A stretch of 64,000 bases of DNA from an uncultured Desulfarculus sp. (GTDB lineage Bacteria; Desulfobacterota; Desulfarculia; Desulfarculales; Desulfarculaceae). The notes under the pieces were generated by a model. The model had not been told where the DNA came from. It searched no databases and worked only from the letters and a program-made list of their open reading frames with translations. The position numbers were made by a program, and so were the translations under genes. The DNA lies in the NCBI GenBank assembly GCA_963665125.2, contig CAXXUK010000001.1:2944001-3008000 (forward strand), written 5' to 3'. Of the stretch, positions 28,183 to 38,509 are shown one piece after another (position 1 is the first letter of the stretch; the number at the start of each line of letters is the position of its first letter).

Positions 28183-30408
28183 CTATTTGAGGCCGCGCTT
28201 TTCAGGCGGTATGCCCTCGCTGTCGAGCCAGCTCTCGTAGCCGGCCATCTTGGCCAGGACATTGACGGCGCGCTCGGGCGTGGGGAAGAAAACGCTTTTA
28301 TATTTGCAACCATCGATTTCGTAGAGGGTCTTGTCGCTGCCGTCCGATGTGAGACTGACACCGACAATCGGTTTTTTGTACTTGTCCACCAACTCGGCTA
28401 TGTATTTCACATAGGAGCTTTCATAATCCTGGAGCGCTTGCTTGATTATATTGATGTCGTCCGGTGTGACATCTGGGTTGACCTCCAAGGCTGCCTTGGA
28501 CAACTGGAAGACCATGCCCTTGCGGCCCAAAATTCCCAACTGGATCACGCAGTCGCAACCATCCCAATTGAGCAGCATGTCCATGACCTTCAGCGGAAGT
28601 TCCGGATCCGACTCGCCCACCAGGTCAATTGGGTTGGCCCTGCTCCAATAGGGCGGCAGGATCTTGTCGATTTCGGCGATTATCTCGGGCGCCAAGTCGA
28701 CGACCTCGAGGCCGTGCTCGGCGCAGAGGTCCGAAGTGACAACGCCCCAGCCGCCGCCCAGGGTCATGATGGCCACCCGGCGGCCGGCGGGCAGTGGCAG
28801 AGATGAAAAGGCGGCGGAGAGGTCCAGAAGTTCCATGGGCTGTTCGGCCATGACAACGCCGGCCTGTTTGCAGGCTGCTTCGAATATGCGGTTGTTGGAG
28901 GCCAGGGCGCCGGTGTGGCTGGCCGCGGCCTTGCCGCCGACATCCGTCCGTCCACCCTTGAGCACCACCACCGGTTTTTCCACGCTGACCCGGCGGGCCG
29001 ACTCGTAAAAGCGCCGGCCGTTTTTCACGCTTTCCAGATACAGGAGCACCGTGTTGGTCAGGTGATCGACCTCGAAGCCGTCCAGGGCGTCTTCAACCGT
29101 CACCATGGCCTCGTTGCCGCTGCCGGCAAAGGCCCTGATCCCGATGCCCTGGGCACCGGCGAAGAACAACAGCTGCACGCCCATGTTTCCCGACTGGCTG
29201 ACAAAGGCCGTGGTGCCGGGTTTGGGCCGGGCCATTGCGCCGGTGCAGAAGAATTTATGGTGCGGGTTGCAGATGCCCATGGTGTTGGGGCCAAGTATTG
29301 TGATACCGGCCTTTTGGGCCTTGCGCACCAGTTGCTCTTCCAACTCGCGGCCTTTGGCGCCGACCTCGGCGAAACCGCTGGAGATAAGCACCACCGACTT
29401 GACGCCTTTTTGTTCCAGCTCATCGATCAGCCCTATGACCAGCGCCGCGGGGATGGTGACGACGGCCAGGTCCACCGCGTCGGGGATCTCCAACACCGAA
29501 GTATAGACATCTCTTCCGGCGATTTTGCCGCCGCTTGGGTTGACCAGATGGATCTTACCCTCGAATTTACCGTAGAGGGTGTTGGTGAACAGAAGATTGC
29601 CCCATTTGCCGAAGGTGCCGCTGGCGCCGATGAAGGCCACTGATTTCGGATGGAAGATGGCGGCCATGTCCGAGGGCGGGATGGGTTTGCGCAACTGGTC
29701 CTTTTGGGGAGGGTCGCCCAACACCACCAGGGCGTCCACGGCGCTGACCTTGCCGTCCGGCGCGACAAGCAGGGGGTTGATGTCCACCTCCCGGACATTG
29801 GGGTTTTCCTGGGCCAGGCGGGAAAGGCCCACCAGGGTGTTGATTATCTGCCGCCGGTCGGCTGCCTGTTCGCCGCGAAAGGGCCCCAGCAGGGCCTTGG
29901 CGTCAAGTTCGTCAATCATTGTGGCGGCGTGTTTTTCGTCCAGCGGAGTTACTTTGAACACCACGTCGTCCAAGGCCTCGGTGAATACGCCGCCCAGGCC
30001 GAACATCACAACCGGGCCGAACTGGTCGTCGGTCAACAGTCCGGCGACAAACTCCCGCCGCCCGCTGAGTTGCGGCTGAACCAGAAAGCCTTCGAGGTCT
30101 TCACCGGCCCTTTGGGCCATGTCTTGGGCGGCGTCCAATACCTGGGTTTCGTTGGTCAACCCTAGCCTGACCAGTCCCATTTCGGACTTGTGGGTCAGTT
30201 TGGCCCCGAGGCCTTTGAGCACCACGGGAAAACCGATCTCCCCGGCCTTCCTGGCGGCGTCGGCCGCATCGGCGGCCACCGCTTCCAGCACCACCGGAAC
30301 CCCGTACGAGGCCAGGAGGGTCTTGGAATCAGCCTCCGAAAGGGTGTGTTGGCCTTTGGACATGGCGCTTTTTATCAATTCAGCAGGTATCACTGATATC
30401 GTCTCCAA
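28183..30408 (-). CDS. Acetate/acyl-CoA ligase (ADP-forming), beta-alpha fusion
   Basis: N-terminal ATP-grasp (FPVVLK, HKSE.G.V, FGPVVMFGLGG, DINPL) then CoA-binding domains (GPNTMG, SQSG, AASHTG, NPIDL). Confidence 0.92.
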   Translation of the reverse strand: METISVIPAELIKSAMSKGQHTLSEADSKTLLASYGVPVVLEAVAADAADAARKAGEIGFPVVLKGLGAKLTHKSEMGLVRLGLTNETQVLDAAQDMAQRAGEDLEGFLVQPQLSGRREFVAGLLTDDQFGPVVMFGLGGVFTEALDDVVFKVTPLDEKHAATMIDELDAKALLGPFRGEQAADRRQIINTLVGLSRLAQENPNVREVDINPLLVAPDGKVSAVDALVVLGDPPQKDQLRKPIPPSDMAAIFHPKSVAFIGASGTFGKWGNLLFTNTLYGKFEGKIHLVNPSGGKIAGRDVYTSVLEIPDAVDLAVVTIPAALVIGLIDELEQKGVKSVVLISSGFAEVGAKGRELEEQLVRKAQKAGITILGPNTMGICNPHHKFFCTGAMARPKPGTTAFVSQSGNMGVQLLFFAGAQGIGIRAFAGSGNEAMVTVEDALDGFEVDHLTNTVLLYLESVKNGRRFYESARRVSVEKPVVVLKGGRTDVGGKAAASHTGALASNNRIFEAACKQAGVVMAEQPMELLDLSAAFSSLPLPAGRRVAIMTLGGGWGVVTSDLCAEHGLEVVDLAPEIIAEIDKILPPYWSRANPIDLVGESDPELPLKVMDMLLNWDGCDCVIQLGILGRKGMVFQLSKAALEVNPDVTPDDINIIKQALQDYESSYVKYIAELVDKYKKPIVGVSLTSDGSDKTLYEIDGCKYKSVFFPTPERAVNVLAKMAGYESWLDSEGIPPEKRGLK

Positions 30409-30627
30409 TTATTGAATCATGATTCATCATTCACGTTGTGGCGCTATTCTATAAGGCTACTTCTGGTCAGACAAGTAAAATTGCCTGAACGGCCAATAGG
30501 CAAAGCTTAACGCCGTTTATGCCCGAGGCAATTGAAAAGACGCGCCATTAGTTGTCAACACCACCATTTATGATTTATGGTTGCATATTATCGGTGCCGT
30601 AATAAGAGAAATCGGACGTGGGGACCC

Positions 30628-31200
30628 ATGATACTCAAAAGCAGAATTGTCTGCGGCGTGATTTCCATTCTTGTATTGGTGTTGGGTGCCGCCGCCTGCA
30701 ACCAGCCCGCGCCCCTCAGCCCGGACCAGGCCGAATTTAAAAAAGCCGTCGTCACGCAGGTGAAAACGCTTCAGGGCTTGCTGGGCCCGGCCCTGGCCAA
30801 CGGCAAAGGCGACGCGGTTGATACGGCTCTTTCGCGATATTTCGACGAGACCGCCTGGAAGAACATCGCCTGCGATTTCCAGGTCAGGGTGGTCGACAAG
30901 AAAAAGCAGTATATCGGCGGCCGGATGCACCTGAAAAACTGGGATGGCAGCCTGCCCGGCCCGGAGGTGCGCCTGGATTACTCAACCTATGCCAAATCCT
31001 TTGACTCCATAGCCAAAGGCGAGATCTTTTCGAGGCGTTTTTTCAACACGGACGGCCCCTTGGTGATCATCGGGGGGCCGGTTGCCCATCAAGGTGAACC
31101 GGTAGGCGCATTCGGCATCATGCTGCCCGGTGAATGCATGCCCGGCCACTACCGCTTGAAGCAAGACCAGATATTGGCCATTGATTACAACCGCGACTAG
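30628..31200 (+). CDS. Hypothetical lipoprotein
   Basis: Lipobox-like LGAAAC after a hydrophobic stretch. Confidence 0.7.
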   Translation: MILKSRIVCGVISILVLVLGAAACNQPAPLSPDQAEFKKAVVTQVKTLQGLLGPALANGKGDAVDTALSRYFDETAWKNIACDFQVRVVDKKKQYIGGRMHLKNWDGSLPGPEVRLDYSTYAKSFDSIAKGEIFSRRFFNTDGPLVIIGGPVAHQGEPVGAFGIMLPGECMPGHYRLKQDQILAIDYNRD

Positions 31201-31222
31201 CGGGGTGTTGAAAGGCGGTGCG

Positions 31223-33175
31223 TTAGGCGGCGGATTTGTCGAGCAGTTGCCTTGTTTTGGCCAAGAGGTCGGGCAACCGGAATGGTTTGGGCAGGAAAAA
31301 CTCCGCCCCGGCCCGAAGCACATCGTCAACCCCCGAGGAAGAGGCATATCCGCTGGCCACGATTATCTTTATCCGCGGCGCGACGGCCTTTAGCCGCTCC
31401 AGACAGGCCATTCCGCCCATGCCGGGCATGCCCAGGTCCAACACAACCAGCTTGATTTTATCGCCATGCTTTTCGTACAGCTCCAGCGCCTGTTCACCGG
31501 TGATGGCCTTTAGAACCTCATAGCCGCTGGATTCAAAGAGTTCCGCTGAGGTGTCCAGGATTGGTTGCTCATCATCCACCAACAGGATCAACTCGCCGCT
31601 GCCGGTGAGGGTTTGGACCTCTATGGTTTTCTGGCCAATGCTGGTCCGCCTGCCGGTTACCTCCGGGATGTAGATATCGAATGTCGTCCCGAAACCGGGC
31701 TGACTACTGCAACGGATATCTCCGCCATGGCTTCGGATCACACCCTGGGCCGTGGCCAGCCCCAGGCCGGTGCCGTGTCCTGGGTCTTTAGTGGTGAAAA
31801 ACGGGTCGAAAACCTTTTCCAGGGTTTGCTGGTCCATTCCGTGGCCGGTGTCGGAAAAGCGAACATGCACATACCGCCCCGGCGGAAGGCCCTCGGTGCC
31901 GCCGGCATCATCACAAACAATAACCGATGATGTCGCGACAAAAAGCTTGCCGCCTTGCGGCATTGCATCCCTGGCGTTGGCCCCCAGGTTCAGCACCACT
32001 TGTTCGAGCAGACCTGCGTCTCCGGCGACAATGGCCTTTTCCGACGTGGTCTTGATGCTGATGTCGATCATTTTGGGGATCGTTCGGGAAAGCAAATCCA
32101 CCGACTGGCGCAATAGGTTGTTGATATCGAGCTTTTGAAATGACGGCTCCATCTTTCGGCTGAAAGTCAAAAGCCGCCGAACCAACCCCGCTCCCCGTGC
32201 TATGGAGCTGTCCAATTGCCGAATGCGCTGGAGCTGTTTGTCCGAGATGTCGTTGGCCATGGTCAGAAGTTCCATGTGGCCGCCGATTGTTTGCAGGATA
32301 TTGTTGAAGTCGTGGGCCACTCCGGCGGCAAGGCTGCCGATTGCTTCCATTTTTTGGGCATGAACCAGCCGTTGTTCCAGCTTGCTGCGTTCCTGTTCCA
32401 GCCGTTGCCGTTCACTAAAGTCCACGATTGTCAAAAGATCGGCCGGCCTGCCGTTGTAGTTGACGGTTCGGGAATATATCTCGGTGAATTTGGTCTGGCC
32501 GGTGCGGGTTACGAAGCGCAGGTGATAGTGGGTGACGATGCCGTCCTCGCCCGCTTGTTTGCGCCTGGATTGCTCTCCGGCAAAGGCCCGGTCTTCGGGA
32601 TGAACGGTTTTTAGGAATTCCGCCGGGCCCCAGGAGTACAGGTCTTCGGCGGTGTACTCCACCAGTTCGGCCAATGAATTGTTGGCATAGACGAAACAGC
32701 CGTCCTGCAAAATGCCCACGTTTAGCATTGTCTGCTCGGAGATGAGCCGGAACTTTTCCTCACTTTCCTCCAGGTCTCTTTGGGCCTTTTTACGGTCGCT
32801 TATGTCGTTGACTATGGATAAAAACGCCACTTCGTCATCAGACGTTGTCACGGGCGATGAAATCACCTCGACATCCACCAACTCGCCGTTTGCCTTGCGG
32901 TGGACGGTTTCGAAGCGTTTCAGGTCTTTTTGGCCAATGCTTCGAAGCAGAGCCTCGATCTCGCCTTTGCCCATGGCATTAAGCTCAAAAATGTTGATGC
33001 CAACAAACTGTTCCTTGGAATACCCATAAAAATCCTGGGCGCTTCTGTTGGCGTCATATATGTTGCCGCTGGCGGGATCGACAAGAAGAACGACCGCCGT
33101 ATGCTCACTGAGCATGGGGCCCAAATGAGGCGTTTGAGTTGAATCTGATGAATGTGTGAAAGTCTTGCTTTCCAT
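31223..33175 (-). CDS. PAS-PAS hybrid sensor histidine kinase with receiver domain
   Basis: AHDFNN H-box, NARDAM, DTGHGM, FFTTK, GTGLGL; REC motifs VDDE, DLGMP and KPF. Confidence 0.95.
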   Translation of the reverse strand: MESKTFTHSSDSTQTPHLGPMLSEHTAVVLLVDPASGNIYDANRSAQDFYGYSKEQFVGINIFELNAMGKGEIEALLRSIGQKDLKRFETVHRKANGELVDVEVISSPVTTSDDEVAFLSIVNDISDRKKAQRDLEESEEKFRLISEQTMLNVGILQDGCFVYANNSLAELVEYTAEDLYSWGPAEFLKTVHPEDRAFAGEQSRRKQAGEDGIVTHYHLRFVTRTGQTKFTEIYSRTVNYNGRPADLLTIVDFSERQRLEQERSKLEQRLVHAQKMEAIGSLAAGVAHDFNNILQTIGGHMELLTMANDISDKQLQRIRQLDSSIARGAGLVRRLLTFSRKMEPSFQKLDINNLLRQSVDLLSRTIPKMIDISIKTTSEKAIVAGDAGLLEQVVLNLGANARDAMPQGGKLFVATSSVIVCDDAGGTEGLPPGRYVHVRFSDTGHGMDQQTLEKVFDPFFTTKDPGHGTGLGLATAQGVIRSHGGDIRCSSQPGFGTTFDIYIPEVTGRRTSIGQKTIEVQTLTGSGELILLVDDEQPILDTSAELFESSGYEVLKAITGEQALELYEKHGDKIKLVVLDLGMPGMGGMACLERLKAVAPRIKIIVASGYASSSGVDDVLRAGAEFFLPKPFRLPDLLAKTRQLLDKSAA

Positions 33176-33298
33176 CTTACCCGGGCTTGGTTATATGAGG
33201 TCTTTGTTTTACCCCCAAATTATGGCTGTGTGACCGTATTTCGGACACATCGTATGCTTTCTATTTATATCAAATATAGTGACATATTGTAATCAATG

Positions 33299-33327
33299 AA
33301 AAAGGCTCCGCCCGATGGACGGAGCCT
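33299..33327 (-). terminator. Intrinsic terminator of the purB operon
   Basis: AGGCTCCG-N9-CGGAGCCT with a T-run on the minus strand. Confidence 0.75.
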
Positions 33328-33349
33328 GATGCAACGTGCGGCTGCCCGC

Positions 33350-33988
33350 CTAACGCAAAATCATGGGCATTTCCAGGGAACCGGGCGCTCCGGTTATCAC
33401 CAGGGTGGCCTTTGTCTCGCCGGCCTTTAGTAGAGGCTGGCCGTTTTCGTCAAGCAGGGGGAAGCGGATCTTGTACAGGTTGGACCATTGGCCCCAGAAG
33501 GGGTACAGGGCCATGTTGATGGCGCTGCGCTTGCGGATGCGGCGGCGGTCAATGGGCACCGCGGCCCGGCCGTCATCCGAGAGAAGGTAGACCCTGTAGT
33601 TGGGGTTCTGTCCGCTCAGGTTGTTCCATTTTTCATCGGGCAGATAGATGCTCATCACGATGTCATAGTATTTGAGGAACTCGGCTTTTTGGTCGGCCAG
33701 GGCGGCCATCTGCATGTTTTCGGTCAGGCCGAAGGCGTCGGCCCTGCGCACGACCATGGCTTGGCGCACGTCCCAGTTCAGGGGCAGGGCCGAGCCCATG
33801 ATCACCATGGCCGCGGCGTCGTGGCGCTGCTGGTTTACCAGATACTTGTTAGTGACCTTTTCATAGGCCACCTGAATGGGCCGTTGGCTGGGGTCGAACT
33901 CGGCCTGGACCTTTTTGGCCGTTTCACAACCGGCGACCATAAATAGACAAACAAGTACGAGGGTAAAAACAGCGCCGCGCAGTCTCAT
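33350..33988 (-). CDS. Hypothetical lipoprotein
   Basis: Lipobox VAGC; starts 2 bp after the purB stop. Confidence 0.8.
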   Translation of the reverse strand: MRLRGAVFTLVLVCLFMVAGCETAKKVQAEFDPSQRPIQVAYEKVTNKYLVNQQRHDAAAMVIMGSALPLNWDVRQAMVVRRADAFGLTENMQMAALADQKAEFLKYYDIVMSIYLPDEKWNNLSGQNPNYRVYLLSDDGRAAVPIDRRRIRKRSAINMALYPFWGQWSNLYKIRFPLLDENGQPLLKAGETKATLVITGAPGSLEMPMILR

Positions 33989-33990
33989 GC

Positions 33991-35304
33991 CTAGGCTCCT
34001 TCCTTCCCGAAGACCTGATCAAAGATATAGTCGGCGTTTTTCAGGTGAACCGCAAGGTCAAATTGCTTTTCGATGAGCGCGGCCGCGTCCGGGCCCAGGG
34101 CCGTCATCAGTTCTTCGTCGTCCAGCAGCCGCTGTTTGAAGCTGCCGCCCTGCTCCCAGGTGGCCATGGCGTTGCGCTGGACCATGCGGTAGGCGTCTTC
34201 CCGGCTGACGCCGGCGTCCACCAGGGCCAGAAGCACCTGCTGGCTGTGGATCAGCCCGCCGGTCTGGTTGAGGTTCTTGAGCATGTTGTCCGGGTAGACC
34301 ACCAGCTTTTCGATGACCCCGGCCAGGCGGTGCAGGGCGTAGTGGGCCGCGACGTTGGCGTCCGGGCCGATGGTGCGCTCCACCGAGCTGTGGCTGATGT
34401 CCCGCTCGTGCCACAGGGGCATGTCTTCCAGGGCGGCCAGGGCATAGGCCCGCAGCAGCCGGACCTGGCCCGAAAGGTTTTCGCTGGCGATGGGGTTGCG
34501 CTTGTGGGGCATGGCGCTACTGCCCTTCTGGCCCTTGCCGAAGCTTTCCTCCACCTCCAGCACCTCGGTGCGCTGCAAGTGGCGGATCTCAATGGCCAGG
34601 CGGTCGATGGTGCCGCCGATGATGGCCAGGGTGCAGAAGTATTCGGCCAGGCCGTCGCGGCTGACCACCTGGGTGGAGGCCACCGCCGCGTCAAGGCCCA
34701 GTTCGTCCATGACCATGGTCTCAAGTTCAGGGGGCAGGTGGGCGTAGGTGCCCACCGCGCCGGAGATCTGGCCCCTGGCCGCGGCCTTGATGGCCCGCTC
34801 CAGGCGCACCCTGTCCCGCTGGAATTCGGCGTGGAACCCGGCCAGCTTGATGCCGAAGGTCACCGGCTCGGCGTGGATGCCGTGGCTGCGGCCCATCTGG
34901 GGCGTGTACTTGTGCTCCTTGGCCCTTTGCTCCAGGGCGGTCAATACGCGGTCCATGGCCTGGAGGATCAGCTCGCCGGATTTTTTGATCAACAGGGCGT
35001 AGGCCGTGTCCAGGACATCGGAGCTGGTCATGCCCATATGAATGAAGCGGCTGGACGGGCCAACGTATTCGGCCACGTTGGTCAAAAAGGCGATGACGTC
35101 GTGGCGGGTCTCTTTTTCGATCTCCTCCACGCGTTCCACGGCGAACGAAGCTTTATTTTCGATCTGGGCCAGGTCGGCGTCGGGAATCTTGCCCAGCTTG
35201 TTCCAGGCGCGGCAGGCGGCGATCTCCACCTCCAGCCAGGCTTGGTACTTGCTCTCGTCGGTCCAGATATTGCCCATCTCGGGCAGGGTGTAGCGTGCTA
35301 TCAC
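33991..35304 (-). CDS. purB: Adenylosuccinate lyase
   Basis: RHDVIAF, TSSDVLDT, GRSHGIHAEP, GSSAMPHKRNP and HERDISHSS motifs. Confidence 0.98.
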   Translation of the reverse strand: MIARYTLPEMGNIWTDESKYQAWLEVEIAACRAWNKLGKIPDADLAQIENKASFAVERVEEIEKETRHDVIAFLTNVAEYVGPSSRFIHMGMTSSDVLDTAYALLIKKSGELILQAMDRVLTALEQRAKEHKYTPQMGRSHGIHAEPVTFGIKLAGFHAEFQRDRVRLERAIKAAARGQISGAVGTYAHLPPELETMVMDELGLDAAVASTQVVSRDGLAEYFCTLAIIGGTIDRLAIEIRHLQRTEVLEVEESFGKGQKGSSAMPHKRNPIASENLSGQVRLLRAYALAALEDMPLWHERDISHSSVERTIGPDANVAAHYALHRLAGVIEKLVVYPDNMLKNLNQTGGLIHSQQVLLALVDAGVSREDAYRMVQRNAMATWEQGGSFKQRLLDDEELMTALGPDAAALIEKQFDLAVHLKNADYIFDQVFGKEGA

Positions 35305-35560
35305 GGTTGGTCCTCCAAAATATTGATCGCGCCCGGTGCATTGACCGGCCGCGCGGTCTGCAATCCATCGTAGTGCCTGGGGCCGCCGCAGTCAATGCAA
35401 TGGCCCCCGCGGCCAAGATTATATAGCAAAGCGCGGGGCGCGCCCTCCTTTGGCTTGGTTCGCGCCCTGCCATGTTTTTGGGAAACGCAGCAGGAGCCCC
35501 CCGCCGCTAGGCCATTTATGGTTTGGCTGTATGGCGGAGACAATCAAAGGGGGAAACGCC

Positions 35561-36028
35561 GTGAAACTGAGTTTGAATCTTAAATCAACCGACAGCTTGG
35601 GCCGGATTCTGCTGGAGCCCGAAAAAATGACTGCGCATGTGGAAACTCCTTCGGTCTTTGATCATGAAGGCCGCTATGACCTGGACACCATGGTTGAAGG
35701 GCTTCTGGACGGGTTTGCCAAAGCTGTCGGAGTGTTGCCCGAGCGACTATCCTGCAGCTTGGAAGAATTCATCGATATCAAGCAGAATCTGGCCGAGGAT
35801 TTAATATCCCACATACGCCAAGCCAGAAACGTCCTGCCGGTATTTGACAAGGACGGCGAACCGGCAACAAACCGGGAAGGCCTGACGGTGGTTCCCCTGA
35901 AAGTGCGCGGCTCCGGGCGCAAGCTCGTGTTGGAGATCAGAACCGACGAACAAGGGGAACTGGACACAGATCACATTATCGACCAAATTGAAGGATGCTT
36001 CCGGGAGATGCTCCATGTCGCGAATTGA
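35561..36028 (+). CDS. Hypothetical protein
   Basis: GTG start after AGGGGG; overlaps the next gene; no recognised family. Confidence 0.65.
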   Translation: MKLSLNLKSTDSLGRILLEPEKMTAHVETPSVFDHEGRYDLDTMVEGLLDGFAKAVGVLPERLSCSLEEFIDIKQNLAEDLISHIRQARNVLPVFDKDGEPATNREGLTVVPLKVRGSGRKLVLEIRTDEQGELDTDHIIDQIEGCFREMLHVAN

Positions 36029-37073
36029 TATTTTTACCGAACAACAAAAAGCCATAATTGCCAAAGATGCTCCGGCGTGGCTGGAGGGCATGGGCGTGCA
36101 GCCCGTGGCCAAGGTACCTGAATTTATTTTGGATACGGAGAATGTATCCATGGATCAGTACGAGCTGAAACTTAAAGTGTTGTCTTCAAACAATATGAAA
36201 ATTGTTCGCCAGATAAAGGTGAGCCTTGATAAGAACGGCAGACCAGATTTTTCCGATATTGATTGGATTGCCGGACAGCTATATGACAATGTAGCCGGGG
36301 TGGTGATAGCAAGGCACGGATCGAAGAGGGTCAAGGAGGTGTCCGAATCGCTTCGGGAGCAGATAAGCGATTACGCTGATTGGCTCAGGGAATCGTTCAA
36401 AACAATAACCAGGGAATTTTTACGGGAGGTGGATAAAAGCCTGACCCAACAAGTTGCCGATGCCGAGCGGCTGGCCGAAATGGTTAGGGAAGAGTTAGAA
36501 AACATACGCAAGTCCGCCGAAAATGCCAAGCCCTGCCAGTCGGCAGGTGAAAGGACCGTCGTCGAGATCAAGCCAGCGGGCTTTTCCAATGCGTTTCAAA
36601 ATGTGTTCAGTGGGTTGTGGAACGCCACACCGGAGGTCACAGGCAAGCTAAACTCTCTCTCGAGCCGGGTGTTTTCCAGTATGCTTAAGCATCAGGAATG
36701 GCATGATACTGTGGAGTTGCATAGCTGGAAGACCTTTTTTAGGGCAATGGGCTGTGTAATAGCTATAACATTGTACATATTTGCGGAAACCGCACTAATG
36801 GTTGTTGAACAACTTTTCAAGGCGGTACCGCTTGGTTTTTCAAAGTGGTGTGTGTCGAAATTACCTAAAAAAGTAAACAGATATAAAAAGATATTTTACA
36901 GGTTGCCAGACAGTATCGATGATGGAAATACGTTTTATCAAACATTTCAAAAGGCAAAAGGGTTTGATGACTTTATCTTTAATGAAATGAATGCAATGGA
37001 AGAAAAGGCAAGGCGAATCGCTGTGGTTACTCGTTGGATCAAAGGCAAATTTTACCCAGAGGATACTAAATGA
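36015..37073 (+). CDS. Hypothetical protein (coiled coil plus one hydrophobic segment)
   Basis: Long ORF in visibly AT-richer DNA; GGGAG RBS. Confidence 0.75.
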   Translation: MSRIDIFTEQQKAIIAKDAPAWLEGMGVQPVAKVPEFILDTENVSMDQYELKLKVLSSNNMKIVRQIKVSLDKNGRPDFSDIDWIAGQLYDNVAGVVIARHGSKRVKEVSESLREQISDYADWLRESFKTITREFLREVDKSLTQQVADAERLAEMVREELENIRKSAENAKPCQSAGERTVVEIKPAGFSNAFQNVFSGLWNATPEVTGKLNSLSSRVFSSMLKHQEWHDTVELHSWKTFFRAMGCVIAITLYIFAETALMVVEQLFKAVPLGFSKWCVSKLPKKVNRYKKIFYRLPDSIDDGNTFYQTFQKAKGFDDFIFNEMNAMEEKARRIAVVTRWIKGKFYPEDTK

Positions 37074-37146
37074 TAAGGAAGTTTAACAACGTCCTACAAG
37101 GATAACTTCATTTCGTATAGGGGAATAAATTCTTAGATGGGCGAGG

Positions 37147-37638
37147 ATGAAAATTAGGCACCCAACTGAAATGTTTAAAAAATTAATTCAGCGGCCGTGG
37201 GACATCAAGGGCCTATGTTTTTGGGGCTTTGTGACCATGGTTATCATTGATCAGCTTTTTCTGCATTCGCCCCAGGGTAGGCAGATTCAGACCAAGATCG
37301 CAATTTGTTGCTTTTTCTGGCTATCTTTTGTTTTGGCCGACTGTCTTTGGCGAGACATAAAAAATAATCATGACGGTGACACAGCATTTGTGCCCAGTTT
37401 TTTGATTTTTTCGGCGATTCATGTGGGAGTTGTGGCGTATCTTCTTTTTTCAATGATGGATAACGGAAACGTTGTAATGGGTACGAGTGTAATAAACGGT
37501 GTTGCTATCTACTATGCCGTCACCATCGTATCCACCGCCGCCTGGCTGCGGGGCCGCTTCCGGGCCCGGCGCTTTCGCCGGATCATGGCCCAGCGCCGGG
37601 GCGCGCCGCCTGCGGGCCGGGGGAAAATATCCGCATAA
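37147..37638 (+). CDS. Hypothetical membrane protein (about 4 TM)
   Basis: Four hydrophobic segments; AT-rich; GAGG RBS. Confidence 0.7.
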   Translation: MKIRHPTEMFKKLIQRPWDIKGLCFWGFVTMVIIDQLFLHSPQGRQIQTKIAICCFFWLSFVLADCLWRDIKNNHDGDTAFVPSFLIFSAIHVGVVAYLLFSMMDNGNVVMGTSVINGVAIYYAVTIVSTAAWLRGRFRARRFRRIMAQRRGAPPAGRGKISA

Positions 37639-37659
37639 AACGCGCAATCGATGGAATTA

Positions 37660-37689
37660 ATATAGTCAATACAGGGGGATTGACTATAT
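37660..37689. promoter_or_regulatory. Perfect 11-bp inverted repeat (candidate operator)
   Basis: ATATAGTCAAT-N8-ATTGACTATAT upstream of the PilZ gene. Confidence 0.55.
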
Positions 37690-37772
37690 AGTTACATTTC
37701 GGTTAAAAACACTATGGCAAAATAGCCGCTCAGCCTTATATCGCCACCCGGGGGAAACAAAGGAACAGGCCA

Positions 37773-38186
37773 GTGAGTGAGTCAACCAGCAAACTTGCCG
37801 CCATGGACAAAGAACAGCTGATCAATGAGGTGCAAAGGCTGCGGGGCCTGTTGGGGCAGTCCGGGAGCAACGCGGCAGCCGCCATCCAGCGGTCCGCGCG
37901 CGAGGACTTCAGCAGCAGCATTGAATTTATCTTTGATGTGGACGTGCTGGCCGCCAAGGGGCTCAACATATCCGCCACGGGCGTGGCCTTTACGGTGGAC
38001 CAGGCCCTGCCGGTGGAGCTTCGCTTCGAGCGTGACGGGCAAATCCATAATTACCGGGCCAGACTGGTGCGCACCCAGAGCCTGGACACGGGCGGGTTTA
38101 TCATGGCCCTGGAGTTTCAGGGCGAAGTGGAAATGCCCGAGTTGCCTCCGCCGCCCGGGGAGGACGACCCCAAGGTGATTCTCTAG
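37773..38186 (+). CDS. PilZ-like domain protein
   Basis: QRSAR followed by NISATG (D/NxSxxG) and a beta-barrel pattern ending MALEF. Confidence 0.75.
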   Translation: MSESTSKLAAMDKEQLINEVQRLRGLLGQSGSNAAAAIQRSAREDFSSSIEFIFDVDVLAAKGLNISATGVAFTVDQALPVELRFERDGQIHNYRARLVRTQSLDTGGFIMALEFQGEVEMPELPPPPGEDDPKVIL

Positions 38187-38428
38187 CCGCCAGTCCTCGG
38201 CAAACCCCGCCCCGCTCAACGCCTCAGCCGCGCCGAACCATACGCCCGAAGCAGCGGACGCCCCTGCCCTGCGCGGTTTTTTTGGCGGGGTGCGTAAACA
38301 TTTCGCGCCAAGAGCGCCGGGTGGATAAATTTCTCCCCCGCCATTGGGCCACCAGTCCGGACCATTATCCAAATACCTTATTTAATTAATTATTTTTTTA
38401 TGGCCAAGTCAATTTGGGCGTGGCTGAC

Positions 38429-38444
38429 GGGCACTTTTTTTGCT
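38429..38444 (+). promoter_or_regulatory. Sigma54-type promoter
   Basis: GGGCACTTTTTTTGCT has GG-N10-GC spacing with CAC and TTGCT; AT-rich tract upstream. Confidence 0.7.
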
Positions 38445-38509
38445 AAGTAAGAAGTAGCGGCCCCTGATGCGTCATGTCATCAAAAGCCGATCAAACAAGG
38501 AGGAGGCTC

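Noticed and set aside
28183..30408. Beta-alpha domain order of the acyl-CoA ligase as a novelty
   Set aside because: Domain shuffling is well known in NDP-forming acyl-CoA synthetases
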